A DNA stretch of 39,950 nt, taken from Trichomonas gallinae. Its lineage: Eukaryota. Position 1 is the stretch's first letter. Each line of letters starts with the position of its first letter. Both the position numbers and the translations under genes were made by a program. The stretch lies in contig MRSU01002298.1 in assembly GCA_008369845.1 (NCBI GenBank), positions 1 through 39,950 on the forward strand, read 5' to 3'. The notes beneath the pieces are model-generated. The model had not been told where the DNA came from. It was given only the letters and a program-made list of their open reading frames with translations, and made no database searches. Shown here piece after piece: positions 32,041 through 39,950 of this stretch.

Positions 32041-32290
32041 CAAAATTGAATGGATGCAGACCCTGCATTTTCATCAATTCTTTGGTTTACATTTCAGAAA
32101 TTACTTTACATGTCAAATCTCATCAAAATTAAATAGATGCAGTCCCTGCAATACTATCAAATATCATTTTACATGACAGTTAATATATTTACACGTCAGA
32201 TACCTTTTTCCAAATTGAATGGATGTGACCCCAGCAATGTAAATTTTTGTTACATTTTACATGACAAAAATATCTAATTACATGTCAATT
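32041..32290. repeat. Triplicated promoter-like module of about 85 bp: Inr-like site, TGCAG-N3-CTGCA palindrome and two phased TTTACRYGWCA motifs
   Basis: Units start at about 32041, 32124 and 32210. Motif pairs at 32086/32105, 32168/32188 and 32256/32277. Confidence 0.85.
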
Positions 32291-32578
32291 TTTACTAATG
32301 AATATTATATTACATTAGTAATATAAACTATCTAGAACTCATACAATCCTCTTCTAGTGTGGGTTACCATTTTGATTGTATTTTTTGCATGATTACTTTT
32401 AAAACTAATGCTAAACTCAAAAAATGATTATTTCTATTTTGTCAAAAATATTTTCTATGTTTTATCACAATATTTCAAAGAATTTTTGACATTCTGACAT
32501 GTAAAATTTCTAATGCCGATAAGTAAAGTAGAATAAAATTGTGAAATAAGACTAATACATAACTTTAGATTAATAACA

Positions 32579-33598
32579 TTATTGTCTTGTCATCTTCTTG
32601 TAGATGGCAAAGCAGAAACCAGCGAAAAATGCTGAAACGGCACCAGCTATAGCAATCTTTCCAAGGGTAGATATGGAACCTTCTTTAGGCTTGTCTTCGA
32701 TGACAATTGGCTCTTGTTCTGTTGAATATCTTCTTCTATTTTCATTTTCTTCGAGGAGCTCTCCTTTCTGCATTAATTCTTGTGCCTTATCCAAATCCTT
32801 TTCAACACCAACGCCTGCAGCATAAAACTTAGAGAGTTCCATGTAAACTTGAGAAAGTTTGGAGTCTTCTTCAACTGCTTGCGTAAGATATTGTACTGCC
32901 AGTTGTGGTTCCTTAGGAGCATCGAATGGTGTAAATGGAGAGTAAATTTGTCCTAACGTTAAATATGCTGGTGAAAATCCCTTTTGAGCAGCTTGCTTTA
33001 AATATGAAATTCCGTTTGTGAATCCTTCTGCAGTTGATGCTAAGATCAACCCGATGTGATACGATGCCTGTGCATCTCCATATGTATCTGCAGCAGTCTT
33101 TAAAGCAGTGAAACCAGCTTGTTCTTGGCCCTTAACTTTAAGAAGCATTACACCAAATGTCCTCAGGGCAGGTAAAAATCCTGTTTGAGCTGATACAACA
33201 ATAAAATTATATGCAAGCTCTGAAATATCTTGATTTCCGGCCACTTTTGCAAGGTCCTGGAACACGACAAACGCAGATTTTGGATCCATTGCGTTGTTGT
33301 CCGGATGCATTGCTTTAATTAACATTGGCCAAGATTCATTATTTGCTTTTGTAAGGCTGAGTACGTATTTTTCGGAAGTGAAAACATTCTTAGCGGACGT
33401 GACAGGGCCCCAAAGTAATCCACAAACTATAGGAATTGGAGACTCCATTGTAATTGTAATTGCTGTTTTTTCTTCGTTGAGTTCGAATTTGATAACCTCT
33501 GGGTTGAATATTTTCGGAAATGTTATGGTAACAAAGGCCTCTTCTTCGTTTTCTGAGAACTCCCAGTCATATATTGTTTGATGAGCAGGTGGAATCAT
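32579..33598 (-). CDS. Tail-anchored protein with an Hsp20/CS-like domain and Sel1/TPR-like repeats; Tom36/Tom46/Homp38-like hydrogenosomal outer-membrane receptor
   Basis: ATG at 33598. N-terminal YDWEFSE...VTITFP...LTKANNESWPML; Sel1-like repeats (G.GVEKDLDKA); TM IAIAGAVSAFFAGFCFAIY followed by KKMTRQ. Confidence 0.75.
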   Translation of the reverse strand: MIPPAHQTIYDWEFSENEEEAFVTITFPKIFNPEVIKFELNEEKTAITITMESPIPIVCGLLWGPVTSAKNVFTSEKYVLSLTKANNESWPMLIKAMHPDNNAMDPKSAFVVFQDLAKVAGNQDISELAYNFIVVSAQTGFLPALRTFGVMLLKVKGQEQAGFTALKTAADTYGDAQASYHIGLILASTAEGFTNGISYLKQAAQKGFSPAYLTLGQIYSPFTPFDAPKEPQLAVQYLTQAVEEDSKLSQVYMELSKFYAAGVGVEKDLDKAQELMQKGELLEENENRRRYSTEQEPIVIEDKPKEGSISTLGKIAIAGAVSAFFAGFCFAIYKKMTRQ

Positions 33599-34185
33599 TA
33601 GAAAAAAATAAATGAAAATTTTTTCGTGAAAATATTCAGTGAGTTCCCTCAAAATAAATTATATTTATAACTCCTCCCTGTCTGCGATAATCGGCACTTG
33701 TTATATAGACAATATGCATACAATGGAAACGCTGATGGTTATTTCGTGACAATAATAGTAATTGACTGAGTTTGTGACAATTTCATAAATTATACAAGTC
33801 TTCTATATCCATCTTATTTCTGACATTTTATATGTTTCATTCATAAAAATCAATTTCTAATGAGTAATGACTATATTTCTGTATTTAGTTATATTTTTGG
33901 ATGAAATATTGACTCAGAAACATAATAATCTTTCAAATCAATGTAATAAAATTATTACTATAATTTCTTCCACCAAACATCTCCAAAACTCATCAAACTA
34001 AATCTTTTCCGATATATCATTTGGTAAGTTCATATATGTATAATGCAACAATCATACCTATATAATACAAACAGATTGCAATAGAATTGAGCGTTTTTTG
34101 AGAAATTCAAAAAATATTTTTTTTGAAATACTGATAATTTTAGCTGTCAAATGCCGACAAAATAAAAAACAAATACGAGTAAATA

Positions 34186-35013
34186 TCATGCAGATGTGTC
34201 GCTGGTAGATGAAGATTTCGAATCTAATCTTCCCCTGAATCTAAATTCTTGCTGGCCATTATGTGCTTCACTTTGTTTTGGCTCATCTTTATTCTTCTTA
34301 GCAAAGAAGCAGAAGTATCCACCAACAATTATTGCAACAAGAACTAAAAGAGGAATAATAATAAACAGCGCTAAACTTACAGGATCAAAGCTAAGTGAAC
34401 TCTCTGGGGTTTGCTCAATGAATTTAATTTTGTTTCCAATTTTCAAACTATTAAGTTTGTCAATGTAGTAAAATCCAGTATTATACCCACTTGCACTACT
34501 AGAGTAATTATATATCATTCCTGTGCCAGATTTTATGATAAAAATTTGTGATTGAAGATTTGTAGTTGTTGATTTTTGAAGCATTTCACTTGTGACACTA
34601 TATCTTTCAATATTTTGCGAGATACTGATATCTATGCTTTCAATATTTGAATATAGAAAACATGCTTTTTTGCTTGCTGTAAATTCTTTGTTTTCTTTCT
34701 GCTGCCCTAGATGAAAATTGAATGTGTCACAGTCTGATGGGAGGAATCCAACAGAGATATAAATTTGTAAATTGTCTCTTTTTGGTTTGATATTTAGCTT
34801 CGTGTAATTAACAATTATTGGTGTCATATCCTTTTTATCTTCACGTTCAATTTTATCGCTGTTGTGGAAAATTATAAAGTTTTTATAACCATCTTTAATT
34901 GCAGGGAATTCCAGCTCAACAAGTTCGCCATGTTTCGTTGTTGACAAAGTCTTGTTGCCGAAATCCAACTTTATTGGATCGCAAAATACGCTGCTGACTA
35001 AAAATAGGAACAA
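34186..35013 (-). CDS. Type I membrane protein (signal peptide, ectodomain, TM, short cytosolic tail); starts at TTG
   Basis: (M)FLFLVSSVFC-D signal peptide; TM LALFIIIPLLVLVAIIVGGYFCFF followed by AKKNK. Confidence 0.8.
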   Translation of the reverse strand: MFLFLVSSVFCDPIKLDFGNKTLSTTKHGELVELEFPAIKDGYKNFIIFHNSDKIEREDKKDMTPIIVNYTKLNIKPKRDNLQIYISVGFLPSDCDTFNFHLGQQKENKEFTASKKACFLYSNIESIDISISQNIERYSVTSEMLQKSTTTNLQSQIFIIKSGTGMIYNYSSSASGYNTGFYYIDKLNSLKIGNKIKFIEQTPESSLSFDPVSLALFIIIPLLVLVAIIVGGYFCFFAKKNKDEPKQSEAHNGQQEFRFRGRLDSKSSSTSDTSA

Positions 35014-35430
35014 TTCTCGACAATGTCAAAAAATTATTTTTAATTTATGATATTATTTAGTTCCATTATGTTGTAAGTTAAATATTTTCGATAAATATTT
35101 TTTTGAATGAATGACTTTACAAATTTGAAGCGACTTTTTGAAAATTGATTTTCTAGACAAATTATTTATCGTATTATTGATTTTATCTATGAATGCTAGT
35201 GATATCAGTTTAAAATTTTTAACGTATCAAACCGTTTTCATTGAAATTTTTGGATGACATTCATTGAAAAATCGTTCACCGTTCATAACATTTATACATT
35301 GCTTTCGAAAATTTTATATTTAATAATTTAATTTCAAAAATTTTCACTTCACTTTACAAAAAGAATAATTTATATAATATAACATAATTAAAATAGCAAT
35401 GGAACAATTTATTTGCAATTTTAATTAAAA

Positions 35431-37524
35431 CTAAAAATCAAAGTCATCATCATCTGAAAAGAGGTTTATCATGTTGCATTGGTTACCACCAGATGATGGA
35501 GATACTATGCCCGAGTCATCGGTTCCAAATTTCTGATTATTCTTAGGATACTTAATTTCATCATCATCTGAAGAGCTTGCTGAAAAGAACAACATATCTC
35601 TATGATTTTCACTAGATTCTTCACTTTCACTGCTTGTTTCTGATTGACTGTCGTAATCTGATATTGCAAAAACCTCGGTAACAGGGAAGAGTATTCCAGA
35701 TGCAGCTGATTTCCCAAAAAGATGACATTTGCATGGCGGTTGGCTGCTTTTTAAAACTAAATGCTTATAAAAAAGATTCATCCCGAATATTTGTTTCATT
35801 TCTTTCATTTTTCGCTTGGATAAGAATGCTTTTCCTCTTGAAGACTCATTTTCTTCATTCTCTGCATTTGAACTTTGATTTAAACAGCAAATACAAACAC
35901 ATTTGATATCATCTTCTAAAAACTTTTCTGATTTATAGAATGTGAGCCATTTCGTGTTAGATAAGATGAGAGACATGTTTTTGTTATTGTATTTTGACTT
36001 TAAAAACGCTTTTTTCTCTTGACCTTCAGATACGAATGTTATACATCTTCCCTGGCAATGTCTTCCTGTTCTTCCCATTCTCTGAATGCTCCTAATAGGT
36101 GATGACATCGCATCGAAACATATAATCAATCCTACATCGTCAATATCAATTCCTTCTTCTCCGATGCATGTAGATACTAAAACATTGGTTTCTCCTGATG
36201 AAAAAGCTTTGAGAGTCGACTTCTGTATTGTATCGTTTACACCATTGATCTTTCCTATGAATGCTGAAGCCTTAACAAATGGAAATTTATTGATTTCGGT
36301 AACTATTGATTCAACAGCATCTCTATACTGTGCAAAGATAATTGTTTTACCAACAGGAAAATGTTTGTAATAGTCATCAAGAATTTCTCTTAATTTGATG
36401 ATTTTATTTGATATAATTGTTGATTTACTTGCTGCAATTGTTTTTAATTCTTGATATTCTTCCATTTTCATGATCAATGCGCCATTTTTTCTTTTTTCGA
36501 ACTCATTTAGGCCTTTTTCGAGAAAAGATATTCCATATCTGTTAACTTTTTCAGCAATTGATGTCAAACTCAATAGATTACCTATTATATCATTACTTGA
36601 GTAATCCTTCTTGTTCTGCATTGCAATCCAAACTCCTCCTCTCGTAATTTCTTTAGCTGTGATTAATCCTTTAGCACGAAGTGGATTTGCGACCTTTTCA
36701 ATTAATGAATTGAGTTTTGATAAAGCTTCATCATCATTGTTTTTGATATCAATTGATTCCATTATTGTTTTATGTCGAAATGATTTTAATCTTTCATCTT
36801 TTTCATCAATATAGAATATATTTGATGCTAAAGTCTTGCAAACAACTTCTTGAATTGCCTGTTTAGTTGGACCAGGCGTGGCTGTTAATCCAACAAATCT
36901 AACAAATTTATTTCTTGAAACTATTTTCTCTACGATTTCGCTGTACGAATGATGACCTCTTGCATGATGTACTTCATCAAATATCACAAGAACTATTCGC
37001 GTTGGATCAATTGTTCCGTTTTTCAAATCATTTTCAACAATTTGCGGAGTTGAGAAGAAAATGTTTGCATTCTGCCATACTTCTGCTAATCTTTCGCTTC
37101 CTGTAAGTACACAGCTTTCATTCTGAGGGATGGTTTCAAAAGATAAACAAAATTTCGATTGTTGATATAATAATGTTCTTGTTGGAGTCAAAAACAAAAT
37201 CATTCCATTTGAGAACCATCTATGGTAGTTCATTATTATAGTGGCAGCAATTAGAGTCTTACCAGATCCTGTTGGAAGGCAAACAATCGTGTTTTCTTTC
37301 AAACATTGCAAAACTGCATCAAACTGATATTTTCTTCTAGTAGTATCCTTTGGATATATATATGTTTGTAGTGTAGATGCAATTGGCTGTAAATAAACAT
37401 CTGTTTCTTTTCTTTCATTTTCAAATTTTGGAAATTCGGTTTTAATTTGTTCTGAAATGCGTTGTTTAACCATCTTTTGATTGGTTTTCCTTTCAAAACT
37501 TTCTGTTAATAGTGATTGTATCAT
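35431..37524 (-). CDS. FANCM: FANCM/Mph1-like SF2 DNA helicase
   Basis: RKYQ, NTIVCLPTGSGKTLIAA, STPQIVENDL, DEVHHA, GLTATPG, IGEEGIDI, SPIRSIQRMGRTGR. Confidence 0.92.
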   Translation of the reverse strand: MIQSLLTESFERKTNQKMVKQRISEQIKTEFPKFENERKETDVYLQPIASTLQTYIYPKDTTRRKYQFDAVLQCLKENTIVCLPTGSGKTLIAATIIMNYHRWFSNGMILFLTPTRTLLYQQSKFCLSFETIPQNESCVLTGSERLAEVWQNANIFFSTPQIVENDLKNGTIDPTRIVLVIFDEVHHARGHHSYSEIVEKIVSRNKFVRFVGLTATPGPTKQAIQEVVCKTLASNIFYIDEKDERLKSFRHKTIMESIDIKNNDDEALSKLNSLIEKVANPLRAKGLITAKEITRGGVWIAMQNKKDYSSNDIIGNLLSLTSIAEKVNRYGISFLEKGLNEFEKRKNGALIMKMEEYQELKTIAASKSTIISNKIIKLREILDDYYKHFPVGKTIIFAQYRDAVESIVTEINKFPFVKASAFIGKINGVNDTIQKSTLKAFSSGETNVLVSTCIGEEGIDIDDVGLIICFDAMSSPIRSIQRMGRTGRHCQGRCITFVSEGQEKKAFLKSKYNNKNMSLILSNTKWLTFYKSEKFLEDDIKCVCICCLNQSSNAENEENESSRGKAFLSKRKMKEMKQIFGMNLFYKHLVLKSSQPPCKCHLFGKSAASGILFPVTEVFAISDYDSQSETSSESEESSENHRDMLFFSASSSDDDEIKYPKNNQKFGTDDSGIVSPSSGGNQCNMINLFSDDDDFDF

Positions 37525-38231
37525 TTAACCCCAACAATGCCTCTTCAATAGATAATAATAAAGAAGTGAAGTTCACTTTTTTCCTTCATCATTAACAAGC
37601 ACATGAATAATCAATTTTGATTCAAAAATGATTCGTTTCAAACGTGTAAAACACAATAATTTGAACTTTCAGCTAAATTTTATTTAAAGCGTAATAATTG
37701 TAGCGATTAGGATATTTTAATAGGAGGATTTAAATATTCACTTGTTTTTCTTATATTTTCCTAGTTCATCCTTACACTTACACTATTTTTTTTATGAATT
37801 CTTAAAAAAGTATTTTGAACAAATGATTTTTCATCTTCTGATCAATAATGCAGAAAAAACATATAACTATGTAAATCATGAGGCTGTTCTCGATTTTTGA
37901 TTGTCCAGAATCTTTCACATTTTTTTAATTCTATTAGCTCAGATGCATCATGCTTTTTAAAACAACATGACCCATACAACAGTATCAATTAGCAACAAAT
38001 CAAGTAATGGTAAATTAATTGTTTTTTTAATATCATGGACTTTTACAAAGTTTTGAATGGGAATTTTCTTATTTATGAATAGGAATAGCGAAAACCATGA
38101 TTTTACGCTAATAATTTCAATAATTTAATTTTAATTAATTCATTTTATGAGTTTAGATCTCAGCAATGTGCATATAGAATAAATTCGAGGATGTGGACTC
38201 ACATTTTGAAAATTAAGCTTATTTTTTATTG

Positions 38232-39515
38232 ATGAAACCACAGAAAGTTAAATATATTGGCAGTGTTGCTTTGGCTTCTTTCGATCCAACTGGAGGAACA
38301 AAGCTTCTCTGCCAATGGGAACAAAGTTTAGAGATTACTGGTTCTATTTTAGAGCAATATTTGAAATTCTGTTTCGCCACAGTATCGATTCGGTCAAATG
38401 TACAACAAAAAAACGAAGCACAGCAACAAACATCGTCTATAAACAACTATCAAACTTCGATAATTTCAATTCCATGCAATGGGCATCAACTTTTAACGAC
38501 AAAATTCCAAGTAGAGCAGCAGAACAGAATAACAGACTATTGCATGATGTTTGTGTTATACATAAAAAATATTATTCATTCAGATGAATTAAATTCGATG
38601 TTGAAATCAGTTAGCGCTGTAGCTGCGGCTCAAGTTAAGTCAGTTCTCGAGAACAAGGATCCTATTGATTATATTAATCCAATAGTTTCTACATCAACTC
38701 ATCATATTCGCGCTTTATTAAAATCACATATCGAAAAAGTTCCACCAATGCCACAAATACTTCCTGTAGATATACCATTCTTCTCAGCAATGCTTTCTTC
38801 TCATTTTCAAACACAGATGACTACGATTATTGAAGCTTCATCGGAAGAAGTCGCTTTACCTCTTTTTAACTTCTTAGCACACTTTCTTTTACCATACCAA
38901 TTCGCATTATCATCACCTTACCTGCACAAAGAGCCTGTAAGAGGTCTTTATCTTCAATGCGTTAAAAAATGCAGCGAACTTCCGAAAAATCTGCTTTTCC
39001 AGTTCGAAAGATCGTGGACATGGGTTCGTGCCGACTCTCAAATAGTCTTCCAGTCACCTGATATACAGAGACAGCAGCAAGTTTCGAAGGAATACATGAC
39101 ATCTATAATATTCGACTCCAACGCGTCGAAGGAAGATGTCGAAAACAGATTGACTAAGTTCAAAAAGGTCTACAAAACGGATTTAGCTACGCACGACGCA
39201 GAAAGATGGACATCAATTTTTATAAGGAAATTGCCCGGGGCTTCACCTGTAGAGCAGGAATTCATGTGCAATATGATGGTGAGGAATTTGATAGAAAAAG
39301 GTATGCTTTTGATAGAGTTAGTTGACCATTACTTGAATCAATCCGGACTTAACTTCTTAAGAAATGAGCAGACAACGGAAATCACCGCATCTCTTGGTAT
39401 TACAGATAAAGATGAGCTAGGAGCGATAACAGCAGTTGCACAATTATATGATCAAAGAACATTTAAACGAATGATTACTGCAAAGGACGTTCTAAAGAAA
39501 CTACTTGCAGTATAA
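38232..39515 (+). CDS. C9orf72-like DENN-related protein
   Basis: ATG at 38232. LASFDPTGGTKLLCQW (longin start), FFSAMLSSHFQT (compare C9orf72 AITSHLQT) and GLYLQCV. Confidence 0.72.
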   Translation: MKPQKVKYIGSVALASFDPTGGTKLLCQWEQSLEITGSILEQYLKFCFATVSIRSNVQQKNEAQQQTSSINNYQTSIISIPCNGHQLLTTKFQVEQQNRITDYCMMFVLYIKNIIHSDELNSMLKSVSAVAAAQVKSVLENKDPIDYINPIVSTSTHHIRALLKSHIEKVPPMPQILPVDIPFFSAMLSSHFQTQMTTIIEASSEEVALPLFNFLAHFLLPYQFALSSPYLHKEPVRGLYLQCVKKCSELPKNLLFQFERSWTWVRADSQIVFQSPDIQRQQQVSKEYMTSIIFDSNASKEDVENRLTKFKKVYKTDLATHDAERWTSIFIRKLPGASPVEQEFMCNMMVRNLIEKGMLLIELVDHYLNQSGLNFLRNEQTTEITASLGITDKDELGAITAVAQLYDQRTFKRMITAKDVLKKLLAV

Positions 39516-39950
39516 TGCTATCATAGTACGTCTTTGGCGATATATGCAAATGAAATTGATTTTGATAATTAGATAATGTTTTGTTTTGTATGTAAAATAG
39601 ACCTATTTCAAATCAAAATAGGATAGCAATAAGCTTGCTATCAAATACGATATGATATCAAAAGAATTAGAAATAATTTTTTTGCACTAATGTTATAAAC
39701 AGATTGATAATGCATAATGATAAGGAGTATGTTATTGAAACACATTGAATCGTCTCAATTATTTTATTGAAGCCACTGGCATGATAAAAAATTTATGTGT
39801 ACGTTAAATAAATTCAAAAATTTGAAAAGTTATCGATTATTTTACGGGAAATCATTTTTGGCAAATCATAATAAGGATGTCGTTTTGGAAGATAATTATG
39901 ACTTTGGAAGAAAAAAATGACGAAGTAAGAAGATTTTTTGGAAAATAAAA

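Noticed and set aside
32041..32290. CRISPR-like repeat-spacer appearance (palindromic repeats with spacers)
   Set aside because: Eukaryotic context with no cas genes. The repeats are degenerate and the 'spacers' are homologous to each other.
19800..32350. CATACAATCCT shared at 19800 and 32340
   Set aside because: A single 11-mer match is expected by chance in 40 kb.
414..38587. Many short antisense or overlapping ORFs in the track (e.g. 909-1313, 8108-8728, 30359-30811)
   Set aside because: They are shadows of real genes caused by codon bias and low complexity, with no recognisable motifs.

Overview
Gene-dense, apparently intronless, AT-rich eukaryotic DNA, almost certainly from a parabasalid (Trichomonas-like). 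Support: TCAYW initiator motifs just upstream of ATGs, TAA stops doubling as the TAAA poly(A) signal, a Tom36/46-like hydrogenosomal receptor and a C9orf72-like gene. There are about 19 protein-coding genes plus an ankyrin remnant: a Q-rich SP-RING protein, a CAMK-type kinase, a type II CAX/Vnx1 exchanger, MORN2-like, TMEM214-like, Rpt2, Rtr1/RPAP2, importin-beta-like HEAT, Prp43, a PH/RUN-like protein, Vps53, Gcn20/ABCF3, Tom36-like, a type I membrane protein, FANCM/Mph1, C9orf72-like and several hypotheticals. The most striking unexplained signal is non-coding. An 11-bp motif, TGWCRYGTAAA, occurs about 22 times (variants included) in intergenic DNA, in arrays spaced about 20 or 31 bp apart (2-3 helical turns). 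It is built into duplicated and triplicated modules that carry hairpins. A second signal is two genes whose N-terminal targeting signals begin at TTG rather than ATG. All homology calls are by eye; no searches were run.
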